A DNA stretch of 64,000 bases, from NCBI GenBank assembly GCA_963848965.1, contig CAWKFG010000004.1:320001-384000 (forward strand). Reading direction: 5' to 3'. Positions 20,265 through 30,030 of the stretch are shown one piece after another (the first letter of the stretch is position 1; each line of letters opens with the position of its first letter). The notes beneath the pieces are model-generated. The model did not search any database, had not been told where the DNA came from, and saw only the letters and a program-made list of their open reading frames with translations. The DNA is from an uncultured bacterium. Lineage in GTDB: Bacteria > Babelota > Babeliae > Babelales > Babelaceae. The position numbers were made by a program, and so were the translations under genes.

Positions 20265-20294
20265 TTTCAGAGTTTATATACACTGCAGACAACG

Positions 20295-21092
20295 CTATTT
20301 TTTTTGGCTTCTAGTGCCATACGTCCAATTAGATGGCTTATTTAATATCCTTCGAGCAAGTACAGGACTTGGTCTATTAAGAGAAAAAATTCCCCATACT
20401 GCCGCCATAAGGCCACCTTGTTGCGGTTGAGGAGGGTTTACTGCTGCTGGACTGGTTGTTTGCTCTTTACTTTGAGGAATAGAATTTGATGCAGGCGCTT
20501 GTTTGATTGGCCCTTGTTCTGCCTCATTATTTTGTTCACCGTTATTTACTCGAGGGGAAGCAACTGGTGATTGAGCCAATTTAATACGCTGCTTACAGAT
20601 AGAGCATGTAGGATGTTGAGGATTTGCAAGAATTTGGCGATTAGCACATATAGCACAGAAAAGATGGCCACAATTAAATTGTGTCATCTGCTCTTCAGAT
20701 CTAAAATCATCTTTACAAAGAGGACATTTTATCACTATCTCACTTCTACAGGTAGGACAGGTGCCTTTCTTTGCCTTCCACTCAAATATACACTTTACAC
20801 AGCAGTTATCATGCTTACATGCTAATTTAACATTACATGACATTTCACTATCACCAACTTTAACAGAATTTTCTTCATGACAAATAAGACAGTCAAAAAC
20901 TCCTAACCTTTTTGCCTCTTTACTATCTGCTTCAGGTCCTTTTAGCTTTTCTTCAAACGGATTCTGCAAAGGTAACTTTATACCTAAACGAACACCCTCT
21001 TTTACAAAATAAGGCTGTTCTTGTTGCATTGCAAAAACAGCCGATTGAATAAGCGAAAATATAAGAACTAAACGCACATAGCATAGGTTCAT
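20295..21092 (-). CDS. Exported protein with two RING fingers (putative E3 ligase)
   Basis: CLIC...CKH..C..C...CPTCR and CPLC...CGHLFC..C...CSICK; signal peptide FA-MQ. Confidence 0.85.
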   Translation of the reverse strand: MNLCYVRLVLIFSLIQSAVFAMQQEQPYFVKEGVRLGIKLPLQNPFEEKLKGPEADSKEAKRLGVFDCLICHEENSVKVGDSEMSCNVKLACKHDNCCVKCIFEWKAKKGTCPTCRSEIVIKCPLCKDDFRSEEQMTQFNCGHLFCAICANRQILANPQHPTCSICKQRIKLAQSPVASPRVNNGEQNNEAEQGPIKQAPASNSIPQSKEQTTSPAAVNPPQPQQGGLMAAVWGIFSLNRPSPVLARRILNKPSNWTYGTRSQKK

Positions 21093-21269
21093 AGAAACCC
21101 CCTTAGCTTTGACTAAATATTATAACTCTCTATAATTAACAATACCATATTTTATCCCAATGTAAATCTTTAGCATATTCCACACTGAAATTGCTATCTT
21201 TATGAGAAGAAGATTCATCGTTCTGCTAGAAAGCGGACTATAAATCCTTTTACAAAGCATACGCATACA

Positions 21270-21298
21270 AAAAAGGTGCTGTATAATCAGCACCTTTT
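21270..21298. terminator. Intrinsic terminator downstream of mreB
   Basis: AAAAGGTGCTG-loop-CAGCACCTTTT. Confidence 0.8.
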
Positions 21299-21299
21299 G

Positions 21300-22352
21300 T
21301 TATCTCATTAGCGTTTCTTTAAAGAAATCAAGCTCTTCAAGTACTTTACCTGCGCCATTTACTACGCAAAATAATGGATTATCTGCTATTCTTACAGGAA
21401 GCCCTGTTTCACGGGCAATTAATTTATCAAGTCCGCGAAGCATAGAGCCTCCACCCGCCATAGTAATACCTTTATCTACTAAATCAGATGAAAGTTCTGG
21501 AGGTGTATTTTCAAGAGCAACATGCACAACGTCAGTAATACTTGCAATAGTTTCTAAAAGAGCTTCATGAACCTCTCTATTGGTAAGCGTAATAGTCTTT
21601 GGTACTCCTGTCATAAGATCACGCCCTTTTACTTCAACAGTTTCAAGCTCGCCATCATCCATAACAGTACCTACTTCGATTTTAATCATCTCTGCAGTAC
21701 GCTCACCTATAAGCAAATTATACTTGCGCTTAACGTACTGTACAACTGCACGGTCCATCTCGTCACCGCCTACACGAACTGATCTACAGAAGACAACGTC
21801 TTTTAAGCTAATAACAGCAACCTCTGTAGTTCCACCACCAATATCGATGATCATACTTCCAGAAGGGTCATGTACTGGTAATCCTGAACCAATTGCTGCT
21901 GCCATAGGCTCCATAATAGTATATACTTCTCGTGCACCTGCTTGCTTTGCAGAATCTTCTACAGCACGTCGTTCTACTTGCGTAATACCAGAAGGAACTC
22001 CAATAATCATACGAGGACGTACGAGCGTTCGCCGATTATCGTGCACTTCACGAATGAAATAGCGTAACATACTTTCAGTAAGCTCAAAATTTGCAATTAC
22101 TCCATCGCGCATAGGTCTACAGGCTACAATGCTCTCTGGTGTTTTACCAAGCATCTCTTTAGCCCTTTTACCCGCTGCAAGCACATGATTAGTATGAGCC
22201 TTTACCGCCACTACCGATGGCTCATTTAATACAATACCCTTATGTGGTACATACACTACCGTATTTGCGGTCCCCAAATCGATAGCAAGATCATTTGAAA
22301 AAAAGCTAAAGAGCCGTTTAGCTGGTAAAAATTTAGAGAATCTACCCTTCAT
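21300..22352 (-). CDS. mreB: Rod shape-determining protein MreB
   Basis: DLAIDLGTANT, EPSVVA, DIGGGTTEVA, GGGSML. Confidence 0.98.
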   Translation of the reverse strand: MKGRFSKFLPAKRLFSFFSNDLAIDLGTANTVVYVPHKGIVLNEPSVVAVKAHTNHVLAAGKRAKEMLGKTPESIVACRPMRDGVIANFELTESMLRYFIREVHDNRRTLVRPRMIIGVPSGITQVERRAVEDSAKQAGAREVYTIMEPMAAAIGSGLPVHDPSGSMIIDIGGGTTEVAVISLKDVVFCRSVRVGGDEMDRAVVQYVKRKYNLLIGERTAEMIKIEVGTVMDDGELETVEVKGRDLMTGVPKTITLTNREVHEALLETIASITDVVHVALENTPPELSSDLVDKGITMAGGGSMLRGLDKLIARETGLPVRIADNPLFCVVNGAGKVLEELDFFKETLMR

Positions 22353-22371
22353 AATTTTTTTAAATACCTCC

Positions 22372-23613
22372 CTAGAAATTAAGTTCTACCATTAATGATA
22401 CACTATGCGTTTTCGCCGATCGTTTACTCACTTTCCAATCTACAGGAATATCCCAATAAGCAGAAATAATAGGTCGCCACCATGCCCACTCACAATTTTT
22501 ATTAAAGTCATAAAAAGCACCAACCGTTACATACTCACTACCCCATGAAGAGCGAGCCCGTACTGGTTCTAAGTTTACAGGAACCGCTTTATCACGCCGC
22601 ATATCAGATAAAGTATCTTTTAGGTGAGCAACCATAGTATACTGCACCTTAAGACCAAACCCTTCCCGCAGCCCTTCAAGAGAGATATAAGGATTAAATA
22701 CAAATGTCCAGCCTGGATCAACATGCAGAGGCCCAACCACCGCTCCATAACGCGTTGGTTCGCAATCGACTGGTATCCGTTGCGTTAACGTCTTTGACAA
22801 TCGCTTAATTGCTCGGAACTGAAATCCAACAACCCAATCCTCCTTCAATTCTATCTCATTTTCAAGACCAAGATAAACTCCCCAATGCTTATTACCGCCA
22901 AGAGAAATAGACGCTGGATTATTAATGTTTATATCATCGGCTGTAGGCGCTATAAAGCCAAGCTTTAATCCAGAGTCTATACGCTTTACTTTACAGATAT
23001 ATTCTGCAAAAAAGCCAAGCCTAAAATAAACATCAAGGTCACCAAACATTGTCTTTCTAAAAAGCGGAGGAGTTACTCCAAGCTCACGATCCATTCTTTC
23101 ACGTAATGTAAAGAGAGCCTGCCTGCTACCTGCTGCATTTGTAGCATTTGTTGCATCTAAGCAAAACTCTTGTGCTGAATTAACATGTGCAAAAAGAAAT
23201 GACATTCCTGAAGAAAAATAGAAGCCACTTGGATGGCACCATCCAGGTAACAGCTCTAAGTAAAATGCTATTCCTTCAGCATCAAGATGCCCTTCTCTAC
23301 GCCATGGAATACTTGTTAACGCACGTAATCGTGAAGGAAAAAGATTCGGATGCCCGGTGGCAACAAGCGCTCTGCCAATTTGTACCTGATCATAGGTACC
23401 ATCAATGTTCGGAAGACTTGTTTCATCAAAGTCACCATGTGCTCGCTCTGCACGCATGAAAAAAGGCTGCACCCTAAAATTCAGATACGCCTGCGGCCTA
23501 TGAGTAAATGGCTTAAAATAGAGAGGAAGAAATCCTCTACTAGCGTCAAATGTCATACTATAAAGAGAAGAATTACCTGTGAGTAAAAGTAAAAAATACC
23601 AACGCTTTATCAT
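22372..23613 (-). CDS. Hypothetical outer-membrane beta-barrel-like protein
   Basis: Signal peptide, amphipathic beta pattern, C-terminal Phe (VELNF). Confidence 0.6.
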   Translation of the reverse strand: MIKRWYFLLLLTGNSSLYSMTFDASRGFLPLYFKPFTHRPQAYLNFRVQPFFMRAERAHGDFDETSLPNIDGTYDQVQIGRALVATGHPNLFPSRLRALTSIPWRREGHLDAEGIAFYLELLPGWCHPSGFYFSSGMSFLFAHVNSAQEFCLDATNATNAAGSRQALFTLRERMDRELGVTPPLFRKTMFGDLDVYFRLGFFAEYICKVKRIDSGLKLGFIAPTADDININNPASISLGGNKHWGVYLGLENEIELKEDWVVGFQFRAIKRLSKTLTQRIPVDCEPTRYGAVVGPLHVDPGWTFVFNPYISLEGLREGFGLKVQYTMVAHLKDTLSDMRRDKAVPVNLEPVRARSSWGSEYVTVGAFYDFNKNCEWAWWRPIISAYWDIPVDWKVSKRSAKTHSVSLMVELNF

Positions 23614-23630
23614 TGTAGTCCCTGGTTATC

Positions 23631-23725
23631 TGGTGGAGAGAGAGGGATTCGAACCCCCGATCCCGGGTTTAAACCGGAATAACCGCTTTCGAGGCGGCCG
23701 CTTTCGTCCACTCAGCCATCTCTCC
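23631..23725 (-). tRNA. tRNA-Ser(CGA)
   Basis: GGAGAGATGGCTGAGTGG...GCCGC-CT-CGA-AA-GCGGT, long variable arm, GGTTCGAATCC, encoded CCA. Confidence 0.95.
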
Positions 23726-23973
23726 TTGCACATTTTATCTGTTTCACGGTTGAGCTTTAAGTAGTTGACGAACCGTCACCCTTACTACAAGGATAAATGA
23801 TCTGGTATTTTTGAAAAGCTTTTTTGATCTTTCTTATAACAGAAATGTCGATATACTCTTATTATGCAACAAAAATTAAAAACAGGTTAATATTATTAAG
23901 AAATAAGCAATAAATTACCTAAAGTAAACATTTGCTTGAAAAAATTATATATGCTCATGCACAAGCTTTTATA

Positions 23974-25296
23974 CTATTTTTGAGCATTATTTGCCTCCTT
24001 TAAACGTTTGCATTTTTCTTTATGCCGAGGCCAATCTTTTACTTGGCATTCTCGAGAACAGTACATCACTGTTCTGCAGTCTCCACACTTTTTATGGTTC
24101 CCTGGTTTATCACATCCACTACATCCAGCAGAAATAAAATGCATATTCATAGCCTGGTTTGTATTAAGATTATTATAAAAAATATCTTTTATAGGCATTA
24201 TGTCTTCATGCTTGCCTTGAGCATGTGCTCGTTCTACTTCTCCGCATGCCTTCATAATCTCCATCGTTTTATCAACACTTGTAAGGTCATATTCTTCATA
24301 AGTTCTATCGGGCAGAATTTGATAACCAACAAGATTTTCTACACAAGCTTCGGTACTTCCTGACACAATAGCCTTACGAGCTAAAGCTGCAATATATGGT
24401 ACAACTGAGTGATCTATATTATATAAATCTTCTGTTCGAACAAATATAAATGGCTTTTGATTAAGAAGAGTACCATCTAAGTACCCAAGTTTAACTAAAT
24501 AGCATGCTGCTATATGAGCTATACCATGATCTTGAGTACCTTCGCAAATAAGACGATGAACTGTCGCTAGTAAATACTTTGAAAAAAGACCTTTAATTTC
24601 TCTGCAGATCTCACTATACTCAAGATGCAATGCCGTCAGCATATGTGCTTTAAGTTCAGGATGCTCTTTACAAGTATTACAATACTCATCCACACTAGAA
24701 TATATACGTACTTCGATAGAAAATCCTACATCTTGTTCAACAAGCTTGATCCATTTCATAAATTGGCAGAATAGCTTATGCAAAAAGTGACTTCCTTGAG
24801 GATTAGTTATGTACTCGTGATACTCTTTATCAATTAAATTTATCTTAAGCGTGAAGTGCTTTTTATATTTTTTGAGCGCGTAAGCAATTCTACTTACCAT
24901 TACTAATTCAGAATAGAGTCTACTGGTATTAAGGCTTGTATAAACAATAGTATCATTACCTTTAAAAAAAGAAGAACCATTGCCAGCAACAAGCTGTTCA
25001 AAAGATGACCTAATCCATGGAAAAAGCTTTCTATTCATAGGGCACTTTTCACTTGCACATTCTCTTATTGAAAAAAGAGGAGAAGAACTACTATGTATAC
25101 TCTCATATGCACGTATAATATCTTGTCTCTCATTAGATCTAATAAGCTTCTTAACAGTTCTATAAAAATCAGAAGTTATTTCTGGTACTTTTGAAAACTG
25201 AATCACTTTCTCTGTTATATACTCTGAAAGAAAGAATCCTCCACAGAGAGAAAATGAAAAGAATGATGAAAGTAAAAAGAGAAAACGAATAAACAT
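23974..25296 (-). CDS. Exported protein with C-terminal MYND zinc finger
   Basis: CSGC...CGDC....YCSRECQ..DW..HK..C; hydrophobic N-terminus. Confidence 0.85.
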   Translation of the reverse strand: MFIRFLFLLSSFFSFSLCGGFFLSEYITEKVIQFSKVPEITSDFYRTVKKLIRSNERQDIIRAYESIHSSSSPLFSIRECASEKCPMNRKLFPWIRSSFEQLVAGNGSSFFKGNDTIVYTSLNTSRLYSELVMVSRIAYALKKYKKHFTLKINLIDKEYHEYITNPQGSHFLHKLFCQFMKWIKLVEQDVGFSIEVRIYSSVDEYCNTCKEHPELKAHMLTALHLEYSEICREIKGLFSKYLLATVHRLICEGTQDHGIAHIAACYLVKLGYLDGTLLNQKPFIFVRTEDLYNIDHSVVPYIAALARKAIVSGSTEACVENLVGYQILPDRTYEEYDLTSVDKTMEIMKACGEVERAHAQGKHEDIMPIKDIFYNNLNTNQAMNMHFISAGCSGCDKPGNHKKCGDCRTVMYCSRECQVKDWPRHKEKCKRLKEANNAQK

Positions 25297-25394
25297 AGAA
25301 CTCCTAACACACAAACATAAAATTTATTACTATTATAAAGACCAAGTTAGCACTAATTACCAATTTTTGCAAATATGCGGGCTCATAGAACCAC

Positions 25395-26030
25395 TTATAC
25401 AACCAACTTTGAAAGTAGTATGATCATGCCTTGTACTGCATGAAAGAATGTTCTTTGAACAGCTGGAATACTAAAAATAACAACGACAATAAGAAGAGTA
25501 AATGGTTGGAGTTTATAATATGTTTCCTTCCACTCTTGAGGTAACAGCGCTTGAATAACGTGGCTTCCGTCAAGCGGAGGAATCGGCAAGATATTAAACA
25601 TTCCTAATATAACGTTAATCATCAGAAACTCTCTTAAAAAAAAGAGAATGCCCTCACGCGGATAGTAGAGTGTAAAATATTTAAAAGCATAAAGTGAAAC
25701 TACCGCAAGAAAAAAGTTAGAAAGCGGTCCTGCAAATCCAACGAGTACTGAATAGAAACCAGGATACTTAAAGTTTTTAGGATTTATAGGCACTGGCTTT
25801 GCCCAGCCAACACGAATTAAAAGAATCAGCAAAAATCCTAAAGGATCTATATGCTTAATCGGATTAAGCGTTAAACGTCCGGCACGCTTTGCAGTATCGT
25901 CACCTAACATATAGGCTACTACTGCATGCATACATTCATGAAACGTAACTGCAAGCAAAAATGCTACGATAGTGCTTAGAAATACAAAAACTTGTAGAGC
26001 CATAGCTTTTCTCAAAGTAACAATTCTCAT
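25395..26030 (-). CDS. Site-2 protease (M50) family protein
   Basis: HECMH, GRLTLNP..HIDP.G, AGPLSN, FNILPIPPLDG. Confidence 0.93.
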   Translation of the reverse strand: MRIVTLRKAMALQVFVFLSTIVAFLLAVTFHECMHAVVAYMLGDDTAKRAGRLTLNPIKHIDPLGFLLILLIRVGWAKPVPINPKNFKYPGFYSVLVGFAGPLSNFFLAVVSLYAFKYFTLYYPREGILFFLREFLMINVILGMFNILPIPPLDGSHVIQALLPQEWKETYYKLQPFTLLIVVVIFSIPAVQRTFFHAVQGMIILLSKLVV

Positions 26031-26237
26031 TTTTCCTTACATTATTCTACCATGTAAGCATAGAGGTATACAACAAAAGCACTTTTAATTGCACAGTCAT
26101 TACCATGAGTTATTCACACAGAAAGGTAGTGTTTATAAAATAATTTTTTTGTTTATACTTAATGTAAATATCTTCAGTTTTGAAAGTACCTCTTAACGTA
26201 AAAGATCTTTGAGGTACAATGCACCATAAGGAGCCGT

Positions 26238-27656
26238 ATGGCGTCTGTAAATCTTCAAGCCATTGTTTTAGCTGCAGGTAAATCAACACGATTCAATACA
26301 AGTAAGACAAAACTCAGCTTTATGCTCTGCGGACAAGAGATGGTTTTGTATCCGCTTAAACTTCTCCTTCATCTTAATATAAGGCCACATCTTGTCTTGG
26401 GTTATCAAAAAGAGTATCTTTTGTCACTTTTGGACGAACACTCTCTGAATCTCACTTTTACTGAACAGCAAGAACAGAAAGGAACTGGTCATGCATTGTT
26501 ATGTACGCAAGAGCAATGGAGTGCAGATCATATCCTTGTCATGAATGGCGATATGCCGCTCCTTTCAGAGGGAGTTATTCAGTCTCTTATTGATCGTCAT
26601 AGAGAAAAAGATGCTACTATTTCGTTAGTTATAGCACATAATAGTGATCCTTCAGTAACAGGATATGGGCGCATTGTAAAGCAGCATGGACGTATCTCTA
26701 TTGTAGAAGCACGAGATTTTACAGGAGATACTACTGTTGATTGCTGTCTTAATGCAGGAATTTATATATTTAAACGATCATTTCTAGAAAAAACTTTGCC
26801 AAAGCTTCAGCATAACAGCACTAATGGTGAACTTTATATTACTGACCTTATAAAGATGGCAAGTGAAACAGATGAGCCCCTTGAGCTTGTATCAGCTCCT
26901 TTTGATTCTATACGAGGAGTAAACACATTGCAAGATCTTTGGATCGCTGAACAAATTAAGCGTGCTGATATTATTAAATTTTGGATGGCACAAGGAGTTC
27001 GTTTTACTGCACCTCAAACAACACACATTGACTATGGAGTAATTTTAGAGCCTGATACCACCATCAATACTGGTGTTCAATTGCGAGGTACTACCTCTGT
27101 TGGGCGTAACTGCTTTATTGATGCTTTCTCTGTTATTACCAACACACAATTACATGACAACGTTACCGTACACCCCCATTCTGTCATAAGTGATTCAGAG
27201 ATTCACAGAGATACACAAGTAGGACCGTTTGCTCATATTCATCATAAAAGTACTCTACAGGACAAGAGCATTATTGGCAACTTTGTAGAAGTCACCAGAA
27301 GCTCAATAGGCACCCAAAGTAAAGCAAAACATCTTGCTTACATTGGAGACGCTTTTATAGGCTCTCGAGTAAATGTAGGTGCAGGAGCTGTTGTGTGCAA
27401 TTATAATGGAGTAAGCAAACATCCTACCATTATAGAAGATGGTGCTGATATAGGAAGCAATAGCTCTCTTATTGCTCCTCTTACTGTTGGAAAAGAAAGT
27501 TTTATTGGCGCAGGCTCTGTTATTACAAAAAATGTACCTTCTCACGCCCTTACGCTGTCTCGGTCCGAACAGATTATTAAAGAGCAGTATGCACCAAAGC
27601 TTAAGGAAAAGTATAAAAAAGCAACTATTAAGCAGAGTGAGCAAGAAAACGCATGA
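26238..27656 (+). CDS. glmU: Bifunctional UDP-GlcNAc pyrophosphorylase/glucosamine-1-P acetyltransferase
   Basis: LAAGKSTRF, Q.EQKGTGHA, GYGRIV, hexapeptide repeats, NYNG. Confidence 0.95.
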   Translation: MASVNLQAIVLAAGKSTRFNTSKTKLSFMLCGQEMVLYPLKLLLHLNIRPHLVLGYQKEYLLSLLDEHSLNLTFTEQQEQKGTGHALLCTQEQWSADHILVMNGDMPLLSEGVIQSLIDRHREKDATISLVIAHNSDPSVTGYGRIVKQHGRISIVEARDFTGDTTVDCCLNAGIYIFKRSFLEKTLPKLQHNSTNGELYITDLIKMASETDEPLELVSAPFDSIRGVNTLQDLWIAEQIKRADIIKFWMAQGVRFTAPQTTHIDYGVILEPDTTINTGVQLRGTTSVGRNCFIDAFSVITNTQLHDNVTVHPHSVISDSEIHRDTQVGPFAHIHHKSTLQDKSIIGNFVEVTRSSIGTQSKAKHLAYIGDAFIGSRVNVGAGAVVCNYNGVSKHPTIIEDGADIGSNSSLIAPLTVGKESFIGAGSVITKNVPSHALTLSRSEQIIKEQYAPKLKEKYKKATIKQSEQENA

Positions 27657-28891
27657 TACGTTTTATTCATACAGCAGATATACACTTTGGTATGGAAAAT
27701 TATGGCAGAATAGACCCAAAATCTGGCATTCATTCGCGCCTTCTTGACTACGAAAAGGTACTTAACTTTTGCATAGATTATGCTATAGACCAGAATGTCG
27801 ATTGCTTTCTCTTTTCAGGAGATGCTTACAAAACGGCACATCCGACACCAACTCATCAGCGCCTCTTTTTACAGTGCCTTTTACGGCTTTATAAAGCAGG
27901 TATTCCTATTGTAATGGTAGTAGGTAACCACGACAATCCATTGAGTTTTGGCAAAGCTCATGCTCTTGAGGTTTTTGGGCAATTACCAGTAGATGGTTTT
28001 CATGTTATTTCTAAACCTTCAATATTACAGCTTAAAACAAAGAGCGGACTTCTACAAATTGTAGGTATTTCATGGCCTACCCGAAATACAGTATCTCTGA
28101 GTAATGCACATCTATCTACCTCTGCAACCGAAATTACGCAGTATATTAGTACAGGGGTAAGCAAAATTATAGAAGAGCTTGCACTGCAACTTGATCCAGA
28201 ATTACCTGCAGTACTTATGGGTCACCTTACTGTAAGTACAGGAATGTTTTCAGGCTCTGAAAAACGTGCTATTTATGGCACTGATCCTATTTTTCTACCT
28301 TCTCAACTTGCAATACCTCCCTTTGATTATGTAGCGTTAGGCCATCTGCATAGATTCCAAGATCTTAACGAGCGTGGTCATCCACCACTTGTCTACTCAG
28401 GCTCTTTAGAGCGTATTGACTTTGGAGAGCGCAAAGAAGAAAAAGGATTCTGTCTAGTAACGCTTGAAAATAAATATGAAACAACCTATGAGTTTATTAA
28501 AACCCCCACAAGACCGTTTATTCAAATAGAAGTGCGGTTATTTGACGACATTCTAAGTCAAACTGATCAGATCATCAATGAGATCACGCGTTATCCTATA
28601 GAAAACGCTGTTGTTAAGATTATCTATCATTTACCGCCAGGCAAAAAAGATCGTGTAGATCTTTCAGCACTACAAAAGGCTTGTGCAAGTGCCTGGTATA
28701 TAGCAGGTATTATACCATTACGTATGCCTGAAGCACGAGAACGCAGAGCTACACTTAAAGTAGACATGGATCTTTCACAGCTGCTTACTACCTACTTTGA
28801 TATGAAGCCTGAGTATAAGCTCATGAAAAAGACCCTCATAGATAAAGCTCTGCTTATTCAAGGAGAGCTTTTTGAAAAAGAGCATAATTAA
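27653..28891 (+). CDS. sbcD: Exonuclease SbcCD subunit D
   Basis: HTADIH, GD.Y, GNHD, YVALGHLH, YSGS.ERIDFGE. Confidence 0.93.
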   Translation: MIRFIHTADIHFGMENYGRIDPKSGIHSRLLDYEKVLNFCIDYAIDQNVDCFLFSGDAYKTAHPTPTHQRLFLQCLLRLYKAGIPIVMVVGNHDNPLSFGKAHALEVFGQLPVDGFHVISKPSILQLKTKSGLLQIVGISWPTRNTVSLSNAHLSTSATEITQYISTGVSKIIEELALQLDPELPAVLMGHLTVSTGMFSGSEKRAIYGTDPIFLPSQLAIPPFDYVALGHLHRFQDLNERGHPPLVYSGSLERIDFGERKEEKGFCLVTLENKYETTYEFIKTPTRPFIQIEVRLFDDILSQTDQIINEITRYPIENAVVKIIYHLPPGKKDRVDLSALQKACASAWYIAGIIPLRMPEARERRATLKVDMDLSQLLTTYFDMKPEYKLMKKTLIDKALLIQGELFEKEHN

Positions 28892-29862
28892 TGTACTACT
28901 ACACGAAAGAGAGCAATAATTTCAGCAAATATTTGTGCTCTTTTGGTCCATTCCTGAGCATCTGCTAGCTTATTTTCTTGGCAATATTTTTGAGCTTCTC
29001 GAGTAGTATATGCATACGAACGTTGAGCTTGTTGTAGAGCTGAAATTTGTCCTATTTTTACTATTAAAGGGTTTGCTCCAAATGCCAACAGAAGCTTGAT
29101 CGTTTCAAGGTGTTCAGGCCTAATAAACCAATTTTGTGCTATAACATAAAGCGCCGTGTCCCCTGTACCATTTAAAGCGTTAGGATTAGCTCCATGCTCA
29201 AGCAATAATTTAGTCATTTCTACACGTCCATAACTAGCAGCCCACGTTAAAGGTAAATAAGCAAAAGGTTGCTCCTTTGGGTCAGGAAAAACATGCATAT
29301 CTGCTCCATTGGCAAGACAGAGCTTTACCAGATCTATGTTTCCTAAATATGCCGCAATTCCTAAAAGATCATCACCCTTTTTAGTTTTAATACGTACAAG
29401 CTCTCTTATAAGCGCAGGTCTTTGAGCTAAGTCTTGAGCTATTTCATTAATAGCTGGCCATTGTTTAAGATAGTTGATAACATTCAATGCTCCTAAAGTT
29501 CCTATAGTATGTGCCATATCCTCTGTATCACTATCAAAGCGACGGGCCAAAGCATTTATCAAGGATGCATTAAGCACAAGCTTATCAGAAATCAAACCAG
29601 TAGTTATAGTATCATCATGCGCCTGTATATAAGCTTTAATGGTATCTATAACGGAACTTTTTTCATCCTTTGTAAGTCCAGCCCATCGCAATAGCGGTGT
29701 CAAAGAAGAACCTGTATGTTTTTGCTGCGCCAGCAAGAGAGCCACCTCTTGTTTAAGCTCAAAAGGTAAGATATGCAGAAAATTAGCCTCAGACTTTTCG
29801 CTCATAGCTATTACTGATAGAGGTATAAACAAAAGGGTTAGAAGAAGGCACACGAATCTCAT
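28888..29862 (-). CDS. Exported protein with F-box-like domain and ankyrin repeats
   Basis: Signal peptide IA-MS; LHILPFELKQEV; about three ankyrin repeats. Confidence 0.8.
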   Translation of the reverse strand: MRFVCLLLTLLFIPLSVIAMSEKSEANFLHILPFELKQEVALLLAQQKHTGSSLTPLLRWAGLTKDEKSSVIDTIKAYIQAHDDTITTGLISDKLVLNASLINALARRFDSDTEDMAHTIGTLGALNVINYLKQWPAINEIAQDLAQRPALIRELVRIKTKKGDDLLGIAAYLGNIDLVKLCLANGADMHVFPDPKEQPFAYLPLTWAASYGRVEMTKLLLEHGANPNALNGTGDTALYVIAQNWFIRPEHLETIKLLLAFGANPLIVKIGQISALQQAQRSYAYTTREAQKYCQENKLADAQEWTKRAQIFAEIIALFRVVVH

Positions 29863-30030
29863 TGTTATTCACACTTTCTTATAAGATTTGCTAGATTATA
29901 TGGCTACTATTATATCAAATTGAAATTTAAAATCAACTGTGACAATGTATAAAACATTGACTAAATAAGCATAAGCACATAGAATAAGAATAAGTTAACA
30001 ACGAAACAATTCTATTTACTATTTTCAACT

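Noticed and set aside
21567..22062. Long antisense or alternate-frame ORFs in conserved genes (e.g. 21580..22062, 562..930, 36532..36933, 37492..37875, 56366..56785)
   Set aside because: They overlap well-supported genes and have no recognisable motifs
23726..23800. Hairpin upstream of tRNA-Ser as a separate ncRNA or IS end (GTAGTTGAC)
   Set aside because: Short, and adequately explained as tRNA leader structure; the IS-type hairpin is missing
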